The notes beneath the pieces were generated by a model. The model saw only the letters and a program-made list of their open reading frames with translations. It was not told the origin of the DNA and ran no database searches. DNA of 63,432 bases, the filler included, from Reticulomyxa filosa (lineage: Eukaryota > Protista > Foraminifera): the NCBI GenBank assembly GCA_000512085.1. It is 13 parts of 13 records of this genome, joined end to end, with 100 filler letters (N's around TTAATTAATTAA, not from the genome) between each part and the next. Parts side by side here need not be neighbours in the genome. Positions count along the whole stretch, not along the records: positions 1 to 5,526 come from ASPP01009731.1; positions 5,627 to 9,208 come from ASPP01000297.1; positions 9,309 to 11,059 come from ASPP01001647.1; positions 11,160 to 22,310 come from ASPP01006253.1; 9 more parts are not named here. The stretch is one strand, 5' to 3'. Positions 1-13,001 of the stretch are shown one piece after another. How positions within the stretch are numbered: the first letter of the stretch is position 1; each line of letters begins with the position of its first letter. The translations under genes and the position numbers were made by a program.

Positions 1-169
1 TCTTTGTTTTATTTGTTTGGTGTATGCACGCATTGTATATAATTACGTATACAATATATGCGTGTATATAATATATAAACATATACACATTTATTTGTCT
101 ATTTATATATTTGTATATACATATATATATATATATATTGTGCGTGTTGTGATGTATTTTGTGTTTGAG

Positions 170-1610
170 GAACCAAAAAGAAAAGAAAATGGAATACATG
201 GAAAATGTGGATGAAGTATACGAGATATGGCATGGAAGTATTGGCGATAAGGCAATGAAGGAATATCACGACCGATTGCAGTTTTTGTTGTTGTTATATA
301 TCGAAAGCTGCTCGTATATTGACCCAACGGATTACACATGGGAAGTGATGTTGTTGTTTGCGAAAAATAAAACGACGGGAAAATACACGGTCATTGGGTA
401 CTTGACACTGTATGTCTTTTATGTTTATCCAAACAACGAAAAGCGGCTACGCATTTCGCAAGTGCTGATCTTTCCTCCATTTCAAAGAAATGGACATGGC
501 TTTGAACTTTTGCAACATGTTCATTTTATGGTGAGATATCGGCACTATCTGCAAGTCAATGTCGAAGACCCCGCTCCCAATTTCCAATTCTTGCGAGACT
601 CTATCGATGTCTTCAATGCCTGTGTCTGCCACGTCTTTACGTTTGGTTTTTGTTGTTTATATATAAATATATATATATATATATTTATATATTGTTTGCT
701 ATCTTGTGTATGTATACAAATCATTGCATCAATACATTTTCGAGAAAAGTGATCAAGATCTTTTATTTGAGAGTTTTACCCATGACAAAGCCTCCAATTT
801 GATCCCATCATTAACGTCGAATAAGAGCTTATCCAGTTATTTTGTTTTTGTATTTTTACTGCGATAAGTATATGTTGGTGTTGGTCCATGTATTGTGCAA
901 TAGACTCTATCCCCTCTTTGCAAATGGACACACGAAACAGCAAAAATGCGAAGGAGGACGAAGGCAAAACGAATGAAAGAAACACCAATAAACACGATGA
1001 GGGTAAAACTGCCTCGGGATATCCATTGTATGATGTAAGAGCAAAATTGCCTAAATCAATATACGGTGAACAAATACTAAAATGTAGTGATATTTTAAAA
1101 ATTACCGAAGAACAAGCACGCAAAGTATATGAAGTACTGTTATTTGAGAGATTAAAAAATTGCAAGAGAAATAGAAGAATCAGATGCCATCGACGGAGTT
1201 CAACAAGTTGTCATGACGAAGGAAATGATAACAACGTCGAAAGTGATTCGATGAAACAGCAAAAAATGTTTCGAATATTTGTTAAAAAAAGACTACTCAA
1301 AGATTTAATTGACACTGAGGGAATTGAAAAATACGATGAAGAACAATTGAAATCAAAATTACAAACCATGTATGAAATTGAAGAACAAAGATATCTCCAT
1401 ATCATTGAAAAAAAAGAGCAATGGATAACTAATCCTAAAATTGATATCGTTCGCATGTGGAACGATATTCATCAGTATCCTCCTCGGATTTTTCATCAAA
1501 TAAATGCCAATGATCACGCTAGCGACCATGATCACACTGCACCTGTTTCAGATGGAAATATTGAAAATAAAAATTTATTTGATTGCATTTCAAAACAATT
1601 GAGATCATAG
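170..1610 (+). CDS. HAT1: Histone acetyltransferase type B catalytic subunit (5'-partial, spliced; introns ~641-749, 836-903)
   Basis: YHDRLQFLLLLYIESCSYID, RLRISQVLIFPPFQRNGHG (acetyl-CoA motif A), NVEDPAPNFQFLRD, and C-terminal QARKVYE...FRIFVKKRL match Hat1. Confidence 0.9.
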
Positions 1611-2291
1611 GCTCCCTACTGTTTGTTTTTTTTTTCCCCTCCAATTCAAACCGAATAACAATTTATATTTTATTCACTTGTCTTGTCAACGCATGAAGGG
1701 ACAAGAAAGGCAAAATTCTTTTTTTTTGACAAAATGTGCAAAAATATGGGATCTTTACACAGTATTCCATTGAATAGGGATGTTTGTTTTCACAAAACAA
1801 ACAAGTGAGTTACCATATTAAATAAAATTTGCAAATTACATACCAACAAAACCAAAAATGCCACCTTTTGTGTATCCCTTACTATCGACCCCCAGTCGTA
1901 AGAAAAAATTGTTGCACACAAAGACACTTTTCACCACAGAAAAGCAAAAAAACGACAATGGCATTTTTTTTCAAAAAAGACGTAAAAGAAAGAAGAATAT
2001 AGTAAACAAAATGCTAAAATTACACCTACGAATTGAGCACTTTTCAAGTAATAGATCAGATCTTTGACAAACTTCGCTGTTATATGTTTCTAAAAAATCA
2101 GATATGTACTGGTGTGCAAATACGAAGATATAGACATTCAATTCGTCTTGTTAATTTGTTCGTTGCAAAATGATTTTATATTTACCCTTCCAAAGTCGAG
2201 TAATGCCACCTATTGTTTTCAAAAGCAAAGATCAGTACCTTTATGCAATGAATGTATGTATTTTTATTTTTCTTCGATCTCCTTGCAAGTT

Positions 2292-4055
2292 TTACACATT
2301 AACTTCGCAGTAATGCTGTTTTGAAGAATATTTTCTGCGCACTGCTTTATGCTTGCACTTGTTTCCATCCATTTTTACAATTCCGTCGATGCATTCTAGT
2401 ATCGGGAACAAGTCTTTGATGCCATAGCGTGTTGCATGTTCCAAAAAATTTGGCTGCATTTTTTTGTTTTGTTTATTTTATATTTGCTATTGTACTATAT
2501 TTTCTTCAAAAAAAAAAAAAAAAAAAACGGCAAACCCAAGAGTTGCAACAGCTAATGGTTAGCAAAGAATACGCCAGACAAGCAGCTGCAACTTTGCTGG
2601 GCAGACTACACGACAGCTCATAGCTCATCAAGCAATGCTCCAGCAAATAATAAACCAAGCATTCCAATCTTTTTTGATCTTTCAATGCAGGTCCATTGCA
2701 GATACTAACTTTCAAAAAGCGATCTGCAAACGCCAATGGTGTCGGCACCGTTAAATGAAACTTTAATTCATTGACAATTTTCGACTCTTGTTCGATCAGC
2801 TCCTGCTCTGTGAAAGCGTCGGCACTTGATCAAATGAACAACCAACCAAAAAAAAAAAAAAAGAACACATTTGCAATTACATAATTTTTCTTGGTTAATT
2901 TAAAATTCAAAACAAGGCTTGAAAAAAGTAACCTAATCATAACAAGATCACGCATATCGGGTGCATAAATTTCGTGATATTTGGAAGCGAGCCACAGACA
3001 AGCACACCCTGTCAGCTGTAGCTTGGCTCGACCAACTTGCGTCGTTCGTAAGTAGCGGTCCAACAAATTCACACACAAATACAAGGTCGCAGGCAGCAAG
3101 TCAAACCTTTGGTGCACATCAATAATCCAATCTAGCAAAATACTTCGCATGTTGCTGTTTATATCTTTTTGCCAACACATATAATCTCGATGCTCCCCGT
3201 CGATATGTCTTTCCTCTGTTTCTCTGTTCCATTCCATTATATACATATATGTGTATGTATACCTAATAAAGTCCGATTGCAAATAAACAAAAAAAGACAT
3301 GTAACTCCAATCTACAAATAATATCATACGTATAAGGCATGCAAGCCAAATTATTGTAATAATTTGGTTTCTTGCAGCCAACAGTGTCATTTACTTCTTC
3401 AAAGTACTTTGAAGTTTTACATGGGTTGCAACCCGAATTATTACCACACATCTGCCCACTCATCATTGCATCTCTTCCATTCCTGTTGTCATCCACAACA
3501 CAACCGCCCTTCGCGTCGACCTTTTCCAGTAATGACACTTCGTGCTTCTTCTCCATCATGTCCCATGTCCAGTCCTTTCTTACATAACCAACCCCTTTTC
3601 TTGCAAACGTCATGTCTCTCCCATCGTTGCCATTACGCTCTACTTTATCTTCACTTCTATTCCACCATCTTGCCACGTCATCACTCTTCACCATCTTGCT
3701 TTCCTTCTTTGCTCTTTTCTCAGTCAAGTTCGGACGATATTTCTTTGAGGGTGGCATATCTCCGTTCTCCAATTGGGCCTTTATTTTTATTATTTTTTTT
3801 TTTATTGCTCTTTTAAAATGTTAAACAAAAGTCTGTTCTAACTGCTCTAAAACTCCGCTTCAGCTCCCTGTCAACACTGCTTTTTTGCAAGCTCTTATTG
3901 CGGCCAATGACATCACATTTTTTGACCAGATTAGTCAATTCCAACCCAAATACACGCTGCTTTTGGCTTCTTTCACCATATTGCTTTATATCTTTCAATA
4001 TTCCAATATCACTATTATTTGTCTCATTTTTGCTGTGGGCGTGTTCAAACTCCAT
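2292..4055 (-). CDS. Mitotic cyclin (A/B-type), multi-exon
   Basis: Cyclin box MRSILLDWIIDVH...LQLTGCACLWLASKYHEIYAP; C-terminal PTPLAFADRF, YLLEHCL, PSKVAAA, AVRRKYSS; N-terminal D-box-like RVFGLELTN. Confidence 0.93.
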
Positions 4056-4789
4056 CTTTTTTTATTTGTTTGTTCAGCTTTTCAAGAGATGAATGCTTTC
4101 GATTTCCACAAATGTGAAAATGCTTGTTGGGTTTGTCAAGAAAAAAGAAATTGCAAGTAAAAAAAAAAGAACAGCCTTACAAAAAAAAAAGGGGGTTTGT
4201 TTTTAGCAAAGAAGCAGCTTCACAACAAAAAAGCTGCACATATTTTTAATCAAATGATCGTAACAACTTTTTTATATTGACGATCTATTTTCGACTACCA
4301 AGCCAAAGAAAAATGAATAAACGAAAAATATTTTGTGCCTGTCTTGTAGTTATTAATACATTAAAGATACACTATCGAGTTTGATTCCAAACTCAAATCT
4401 ACAAAAAGAAAAGAGATTCAATGCTAGTCTATTTCACATTGTTATAACATTGTTTGGTAATGAACACAAGGGAAAAAAAAACCCCAAAAGGGAAGAAAAT
4501 ATTTAATGTTACGCGATACGCAAAGAAAATTCGGGTTGTAATAAAAATTGAAACACTCACAAAAGAAAATATATTTTTCCCGCATTTTCTTTTGAGAATT
4601 GCCTCCTCTCCAATAATTTTTTGTTGTTTTTTTTTTTGTTTTCCTGGAATGCAACAATAATTTTTTTAAAATGGTACAGTTGACAAATATTTTGTAATAT
4701 ATTTTTTTTAGACTTCCCTTCCTTCTCCATTTACATTAACCTTCTCAAAAACAGGAGGATAGGAAAGGTTGAAACCCAGGACCATTGAC

Positions 4790-5183
4790 TTATCTCTCAA
4801 GCATGGCCCTGCGGAACGCTATTTCATCGTCAGAATCACTATCACGAGCATTGTCTCTTTTCTCTTTCGGAGAACTCGAAACGAATGGTTTTGGTTTGGC
4901 TATTGGAGACGCGACCTTGCTATTGCCTTTTTGTGCTTTAGTTTGTGGTGACTGCTTCATCTCCATTTCCGCTAGCATGTACTGCGGGTCTTCAGCTTCA
5001 ATAAATGGAATCGCTGTCTCTTTGCTCGAGCTCGAGAAGCTATCAACATGGCTCATATCACGCTCATCGTCTGTACGTATTTGTTTTATGCTCATAAGTA
5101 CATATATATATACACACACATAAAAATATATGTATATACATTTACATAATTTATATACATGTAAGTGTATGATTAAAAAAGCC

Positions 5184-5216
<33 letters not shown>

Positions 5217-5500
5217 CAAACAGGAAGTACGTGCAAACCTGATTTAGTATCGTCATTGCTTTGGTGCGTGAGTGGGAGGGGAAGCGTGTCATTTCGTTTC
5301 TCGTCGTCACGAATGGCGGTTAGAGCACTATTGAAGGCGAGAGGCACTGGAGAAGCACCTTTAATCGGCCCCGAGATTTTTGGCTTATTTGTATTGTTCG
5401 ATGAAAAAAGCATTGCTGTGTGGGGTTTATGCTTATGCGTTAGTGTTGTCGGGGCGTCGTACGTACTCTATAGTGTTTAGGTGGTCGCAGATTGCAAATG
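4790..5500 (-). CDS. 3' exons of an unknown low-complexity Ser/Pro-rich protein (5'-truncated by contig end)
   Basis: ORFs 5198-5413 and 4790-5119 are separated by a T/TA-rich intron; no recognisable domain. Confidence 0.5.
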
Positions 5501-5526
5501 TTTGACAATACATTTTTTTTTTTTTT

Positions 5527-5626
5527 NNNNNNNNNNNNNNNNNNNNNNNNNNNNNNNNNNNNNNNNNNNNTTAATTAATTAANNNNNNNNNNNNNNNNNN
5601 NNNNNNNNNNNNNNNNNNNNNNNNNN
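5527..5626. other. Artificial contig linker (N-run, TTAATTAATTAA all-frame stop, N-run); first of 12 in the window
   Basis: The same 12-mer embedded in ~44-nt N runs recurs 12 times; flanks are often poly-A/T or truncated genes. Confidence 0.98.
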
Positions 5627-6042
5627 ACAGATTTTTAAATAAAACTTAGCGAAAAAGCTCTAAAAAAATATATAATATCTTTTGAATAAATAGTTTCTAA
5701 TTATAAATTAACTCTGGACACTAATTTATTTATTTAAATTCCTTTAGAAGTCAAAAAAAGATCAATTGGTTTATACGGTAACACCTTATGAGGACAATAA
5801 GTTAAATCATATTGCTTGCACTCACAATGATGATGCAAATTGAGATTTTACACTATTTATAACTATCTATTTTTCCAAAAATGTTTGCTATATTAATTAT
5901 TGTCAACCTTATTCAAATTAAATTAACTAAAATTTGGTGACATTTAAATTTTTTTGGAGTAAGGATAAAAATATTGTTTGATAATTGGGATAAAATGAAA
6001 TAATTGGGACAAAATAATGATGTGGTGAATTTTTAGTTCACC

Positions 6043-6283
6043 GGCGATACCTAGAGATACTGCAATACTAGGATCACCACTTCAACTAACCCAAACAAAT
6101 TGAAATTTATTTGAGTTGTAAATCTACAAAAGAGCAAGCCCTTTTGTATGTAGATCACAGTGAAGTTTGGCTCAAGAAATCATCCTAATCAACTGTTTAG
6201 AAACAAATAGTTCCTAATCTCAGAGATCAGGCTGAGAAGAACTGATACTACACTTGATCTTAGCCAAAAGGCCGAGAAGGTAT
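6043..6283 (-). ncRNA. U2: U2 spliceosomal snRNA (~240 nt, enlarged)
   Basis: Minus strand reads ATACCTTCTCGGCCTTTTGGCTAAGATCAAGTGTAGTATCAGTTCTT (U2 5' end with GTAGTA branch-recognition site). Stem IIa TCTCAG/CTGAGA, SL III apex GGGCTTGCTC and SL IV CCTAG-TATTGCAGTATCT-CTAGG are also present. Confidence 0.97.
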
Positions 6284-6495
6284 GAAGAAAATGTAAAATA
6301 GCTTCAAACATAGATGTCAGAAACACTTGTTGATAAAGTACTTTGTCATATTAGGTTCCTTTTTCTGTACCTTATTAACACTTTTTTTTTGCACATTCAG
6401 CAAAAGTGCAGTATTGAAAAAGTTTTTCATTTTATAAAATTCAATTATCACATTTTTAGTGCCTTTTTTTATTTCAAATGACCTTTGTTCATTTA

Positions 6496-7161
6496 CCTGT
6501 AGGAACAGTGAGTATGACTAAATGTAATACGAAAGGAATTTTGGTCCAAAAACAATTTCAGTGACACAAATGAATTAAGTAAGATAATTCACAAAAGATA
6601 AAGAAAACAACGAAAACAAGAAAAGAAGAAGTGTTGTTCGTTGAGACAGTTTAGCCACTGGGGTCCCAGTTCATTTATAGTTTCGCCATCTAAAGTTGTG
6701 ATACAATAAAATAGTAGTTGATTTTCTAAGTCAAAAATCAATATTTTTCAAAATTTTTAAAAATATCTGCGAATCTTAAAGCACTAATTTTTTTTACAAT
6801 TTTTTGTTAATTACAAACATTTTAATTATTTTCTACACATTATTTGATTTTTGATTTTTAATTTTTTTTTCTTTGCAAATTTGGGTTTTTTTTATAATTT
6901 GTTAGTTTACTTTCAAAATTTAATTTTTATGCTTTTTTTCAGTTTTTGCATTAGCAATTGCAACTATTACGAAGGACAAAGTTCTAAGGGAATACGGCCC
7001 CTAGTGGACTAAACTTTCCACAAACACAACTCACTCTCTTGTCTTTGTTCTTTCTTTATTTCGTTGTTATCTTCTTCTTAATTTACTTTCTTTTTACTGA
7101 GATTTACTTTTGGAACTAAGTTCCTTTCGTGCACACTTAGTCACACAACTGTTCATACAAG
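6496..7161. mobile_element. Non-autonomous element with ~170-bp diverged terminal inverted repeats (MITE/Mutator-like)
   Basis: 6496-6667 (cctgtaggaacagt..tgactaa..cgaaaggaa..tccaaaa..agtttagccactgggg) aligns with the reverse complement of ~6996-7161; AT-rich non-coding interior. Confidence 0.6.
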
Positions 7162-7810
7162 AATGTTTGAAAACCAGCAAAGATATCAATTTTTTAAATT
7201 AAAAACTAGTTTGGATTTTTTGTTCATCAGACTATGTTAGACTGAATTTTTAATAAATACGAGAAAGAGTAATATGGAATGTTTTAACGCAATTAAAAAA
7301 ATTACGTCTCTTTGAAGTTTGATTTTTCCCAAAAAGCATAGAAGATCCTAAAACCTGGGAGTAAAAAATAAAGCAGAAACATTGCAAAGCACATAAATTA
7401 AAAAATGTGCAGAAAGTAGTATGCTAGCAAAACCGAAAAAGCTAAAATAGAAAATAGTCGTAAAGTTACAGAAAAACGCCGATACAAATTAAAGTCAATT
7501 ATGACTCTACTGATGGTTTACACTACAAATACATTAATACAAAGATGTGATCAAAAATATCATAAAAAAAAGGAAAGCAAAGAACAAGATATGCACCAAT
7601 ACGAGGAAAGGCACGTAGCTTCTGCTTATTGTTATTCTTTTTTTAATTTCTTAAAATATCCTTTTTAATCTTAACAACCTGCTAATTTGAACATGCTTGT
7701 TTTCCTTTTTGAAGCTTATATAATTGAGAGACATAAGCAAAATAATTTTTAAGACGGTATCGATGAACTTTTCGCATGTACTTCCCCTTTTAAAAAATCT
7801 AGACTATCAC

Positions 7811-9011
7811 ATGAGTAATCAAATCTTTCAAACTTTAAAGGAGTTACCCACTCCACTTTTTCAAGTTCAATGCGTGTTACACAAACATGAACTCCTTATT
7901 TGTGGAGGCTTTGGCGAAAGAGCTTGTTATTCTTATGATACACTCAAAAGCGAATACAAGCTTATCTGTGAGTATCCAAGTGAAGTTGAACTAGCCGGAC
8001 ACTGTGTAGTGAAACTGATGGACAACAACAAAGACATTGATCAAGTCACTTTGCTGTCTTTTGGTGGATATCCTAAACATACATTGGTGATGAAATATGT
8101 GAGTGTTTGGAGTAATACATTAGATATATCAAACAAATCAAATCAATTCAACAATTATAATCAATGGGTCCCTTTCACAGATAATCACAATCATCCAATT
8201 ATCATTGGAAGAGATCAAGATAAATATCTTGGAGTGCGTGCGGTGATTGGTGGAAGCAACAATAGTTTGTTATTTATCACTTATTCTGGAAATATTAGTG
8301 TGTTTGATTTAAATACATTTCAATTTATTAAACATGATACTTTACTAACCAGTGATTATATTGATTATCATTGCTTTGTAGCAAATTCAGAAAATGGACA
8401 AGATATGATGAAAATAAATAAGCAAAATTATCAAATGCTGTTATTTTGTAGAAATACAGGATTATCAATTGAATATGATGAAGATAACAATACTTTTCAA
8501 TTTCATCAAATACCTGTTTGTAAGGATATTACACCATTCTTTTGTTATGCATATGTGGACATCAACGATATCATCTTGTTTTTTGGTGGATGGAATAATA
8601 GATATGGTACCAATGCTGCTATTTCAAAAGCAGTTCATAAGTATTCAATTCGGGAAAACAAGTGGATAACATTTCAAAACACTTTAAACAGTCCTTTGCA
8701 TTATTGTGTTGCAATATTGAGTAAAGATAATAATATACACATCATTGGAGGTGTTGATGATAAAGAAAATATAATATCAACTCACATAAAGACCAAAGTG
8801 CGTGAATGGGATCTTTCACAGTTGGTAATGATTTGTTTATTTATTTTTATTTATTTTGATGAAAACAAATAAATTATATTGATTGTCAAATAATAATGAG
8901 CAGTCAAAAAATGAGATAAAATTTATTAATCAATATTTGATTCGAACTTTAAAGATAAAATTTGGATGGATCGACGATTTTGATCAAATTATTATGAAAT
9001 ACATTAGATGA
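7811..9011 (+). CDS. Kelch-like beta-propeller protein of a lineage-expanded family; one 3' intron (~8825-8903)
   Basis: Repeated GG motifs (LICGG, SFGG, VIGG, FFGGW, IHIIGG) with kelch spacing; last exon SKNEIKFINQYLIRTLKIKFGWIDDFDQIIMKYIR*. Confidence 0.85.
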
Positions 9012-9429
9012 AATAATTTGAATAGTACAATTAAAATCTGTTATCAATGATATCTTTAAATAAGGTTTTGATTTTTATTATAATTATGAAATTTTTTTTT
9101 AATCATAAAAAAAGGCTAACGATCAAAAGAATAATAAATTATTCAATAAATACAGTATATTGCAAAAAAACTGACATACCTAAATAGCACTATATGAAGA
9201 GAATCGATNNNNNNNNNNNNNNNNNNNNNNNNNNNNNNNNNNNNNNNNNNNNTTAATTAATTAANNNNNNNNNNNNNNNNNNNNNNNNNNNNNNNNNNNN
9301 NNNNNNNNAAATTTTAATTAAAATTTGTAATTTTTTTTTTTTAAGCCCCCCCCCTTTTTTTTTCTTTACATATACACATATACATACGTATATGTACATA
9401 TACATATATAATATGTGTATATATGAACA

Positions 9430-10138
9430 AACTGCTTGTGTAACGTTTTCAGGGTCCAATCGTATTGGCCGTCGTCCACATATTGATACTGTTGAAACAA
9501 CGTGCGGAACAAACTACGTAAATATTGATAGTCGGGATGAGCGTCAAACTCCAATTGTCGGCAATATGTTAGATACGAGCAAAATTGCTGTGGCAAGTCT
9601 TTACACAAATGCTCCATTGATGTCTTCTGTTTCACGGACGCGATGCGTTCATATTTGCCTTGCTTTGTCTTTGCCTTTTTTTTTTTTTTTAAAAAAAAGT
9701 GTTTTAATTAAACTATTAATAAAAATGGGTATGTGGCTATAGCTTATCCATTTTTGCTTACAAAGACAAACAACAACAAAAAAAAAAAAAAATTGTACGT
9801 GGGGCCTATGCATATAAAAAAATACCATTTGATCAGCCAATAAACAAACAGTTTTTAGCGAAAATTGTCGATCACAATAATTAAAGAGATCTTCCAAACT
9901 TGGCCCTTCTCTTCCAATACCACTTCACAACAGGCACACTCGTACTCCCTTTCAAGGTTTTTGTAAATTTTAAACTAATATTGGAGTTGGGGTTACTTTG
10001 TGTCTGCTTTCTCCAGTTTCACTGCACGATTTCTCCTGTCGTTACATGTCTTCCTTCATGTATCACACCAAAACTCCCACTTCTTACCTTGCTGCCTAGG
10101 ATATATTGTCCTCCTGAGACTCTGATCTCAATAGCCAT
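9430..10138 (-). pseudogene. Casein kinase 1 pseudogene
   Basis: [52 protein letters not shown] and LCKDLPQQF..YCRQLEFDAHPDYQYLR are CK1. There is a frameshift at VAVK, in-frame TAA/TAG, and no HRD/DFG core. Confidence 0.9.
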
Positions 10139-10443
10139 AAGTCGTCTTAGAAAGGTTCTTTTTTTACTGAAATTATGAACTCGATTTCTTAGAAATGAAC
10201 GAAGGTTGCGGAAGGTTCATTTTAAAAAAAAATATATGTGTATATATTAATCTGCAGGAGGAGATGAGGAATTGTTCTGGTTAATAAGGCCAATGAAAAA
10301 GATTTATCTCTTGCGCTCAGAACAAAAAGTCCACAATACAGACACACAAACACTCAAGCAACAAATAAAGGGACTTTTTCTTAAAAAAGAGCAACATTTG
10401 AACAAATCTATTTTGTGAAAAAAAAAAAGAAAACAACAACAGC

Positions 10444-11038
10444 AATGACCAACAACAACGGTATGTTTGCTGACTATCTTTGTGTGAAAGACCAGATTGT
10501 GTTGTTCATTTTGTTTTTTTGTAACATAATTACATATAGATCAGAAAATAGATTTCGAAGACCCTTTCATTGTCAAGCTGATGAAGGGAAAGCGTATTCG
10601 AATAACACAAACTTTGCATGCAAAACAACAACAAGCAGAACAAGAACAACAACAACAAGAAGAAATGGAAATGCAACTGCAACAACTAGAGTTGCAACAA
10701 CAACAACAGCCAATCCAACAAGAAGAACAACGACAACAACAAGAAATGGAAATACAACTGCAACAACAAGCACCACCCAATCAACCACAGCCAAGGCCAC
10801 AGCAACAACCACAACCAACAACAGCAACAACAACATCACAAGCCAATATAATGGCACATGCCATAGGGCAGGTACCCACCAACAACTTGGGGATTGGTAT
10901 ATTGGCCCATTTACCCCATCACATCACGCCAAGAAGAACACTAAGAAAAAGAAAAAGAAGAAAGACAATGGAGGAAAAAAACAACAAAACAACAACGGCA
11001 ATCCAAGCCAGATCAACAACCAAAACCACATCAACAAG
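10444..11038 (+). CDS. Glutamine-rich protein, 5' portion (3'-truncated)
   Basis: ATG 10444, intron ~10460-10539, then a (CAA)n-rich polyQ frame with a basic RKRKRRK NLS-like stretch. Confidence 0.55.
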
Positions 11039-11159
11039 GTATGATGAAAAAAAAAAAAANNNNNNNNNNNNNNNNNNNNNNNNNNNNNNNNNNNNNNNNN
11101 NNNTTAATTAATTAANNNNNNNNNNNNNNNNNNNNNNNNNNNNNNNNNNNNNNNNNNNN

Positions 11160-13001
11160 AAAAAAAAAAAGAAAGTGAACCGGATGAAGAAATACCATTG
11201 GCAGACAGGAGTATATTTAGAGATCCTCGAGAGATGGGAAAAAAGTTGACAGGATTGTTATGTTTGATAATAGTGATAGTGGATTGGGTAGTGATGAGTG
11301 TAATCGTTGGAGGATATACTAAACCCATGTTTATGAGATACATTGTGCAGTCATCATATATGATACTGTTGGGTTGCTACGGAATAGCGCGATTGCGTGA
11401 GCGTTATTATTCAAACAAATTGGAGCAAAGTCAGCAAACTGCGAAGCAAAGTTCCAAAATTGGCTTAACTACAAATGCTGTAAAAACCGATAAACCCAAA
11501 CGAGAAACAAACAGTTGATTTTTTTCCATTTCAAAAAAAAAAAAAAAAAATTAAATTTTATTTAAGCGTCAAAAGAGAAATGAGGCCATTTACTTATTTT
11601 TTTTTTTTCAAAAAAAAAAAAAAATTTGCTTATTGTTGCATCCATAGTTAGTTATCACTCCCCCTTTTTTTTAATCTCTTGTTTTGAACTTTTTTTTTTC
11701 CCCTCAATTATCAAAAAAAAAAAAAAATGGGGAAAATCAAAACAGTACGGGGTATTGCTAGGTGGTCGTTCATTTTTGTGGGATTATCGCTGACTAGCGG
11801 CTACACGTGGTACCTGTCTCTGAAAGAAACCAACTTTGCTGTAAATAACACAATTTACCAATCGCAGTGTGTCATTGTCTACATCCTGTCTGCAATCTTC
11901 TTGGGAACACCAGTTTTTTTTTTGCCCTTTACACTCCTAAAAAAAAAAAAAAAGCATAAATGCAAACATAAAGAAATGAAATTTTTTTTTGTTTTGTAAA
12001 TAGGTCACTTGGCAAAAATCCTTAGCTGTGGTATTGTCCACAGCCGGTGTCGGGGTTATCTCTTTTTCTTCTCAAGTTAAACATAATTCATATACGTAAA
12101 TGTATATGAATTATGTTTAAATAACTTTGTGAATATTTATTTATGTATATATGTACGTAATATAAATGAACCATGCCAAAAAAAAAAAAAAAGGATACGT
12201 TCATTTGTGTTAATGATTGTTTTCTTGTTGTTGTCGAATATTGAAACTGTCGCAATAATGAATACAAATGAATTCCTTTGACGTAACGATAATGGAAAAA
12301 GAGCACAGGCGGCGAGAACACCCCGTTCGGTCTTCTTATGTGTGTGACGTCGACTGTTGTATATGCAGTGATTGAATTAATCTGCTCACACATCAATAAG
12401 AAATTTTTCAATCCGGATCACGGAATTCGAGATTCCATGCTCTTCCAGGGAGTCTCTGGCTTCTTTTCTTTGCTGACCGTGTGGATTGTTGTACTAATCT
12501 GGAATTAGTTATATTATTACAATTTTTTTTTTTTTTTTTTTTTTTTTTTGTTGGTTGGTTGCTTTGAATATGCAAATACTAATTCGAAACAACGCTATAA
12601 AATATACATGCATATTGTATACACATAGTATTGGTTGGGAGAAATTTGAGTTTCCAGATCGAGAAGTATGGGGAAATATCATGACATTGACTGTTCTCAA
12701 CTGTTTGTTCTTTTTTGTCTTTCTGGTCGGCACTGTGTGCACCAGCGCTGTGTTCATGGCCACTGGCAGCTTAATTGTCGTTCCAGTTTCTTTTATTGTC
12801 GATGTAATATCTTCTAAACAGACGCCCAATGCTGGAAGCACCATTGGTGCTCTTATGATATGCATTGGCTTTCTCTTAATGGAACTACCTATTTATCAAT
12901 ACATCCGCTCCTTTCTTCGCTTGGAGAACAAGTCAGAGTTAAAAGATGATCCACAAAAAGAAGAAAAATCAATAATTAAAAAAAATATATTTTATTTTTA
13001 A
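11160..13001 (+). CDS. SLC35F-like / EamA (DMT superfamily) transporter, multi-exon, 5'-partial
   Basis: Multiple TM helices; YTKPMFMRY, WYLSLKETNFAVNNTIYQSQCVIVYILSAIFLG, GWEKFEFP, SAVFMATGSLIVVPVSFIVD resemble SLC35F3/F4-type proteins. Confidence 0.8.

Noticed and set aside
9960-10030. In-frame TAA/TAG in CK1 as evidence of stop-codon reassignment or RNA editing
   Set aside because: Accompanied by frameshifts and deletions; intact genes here end in TAA, TAG and TGA and lack internal stops.
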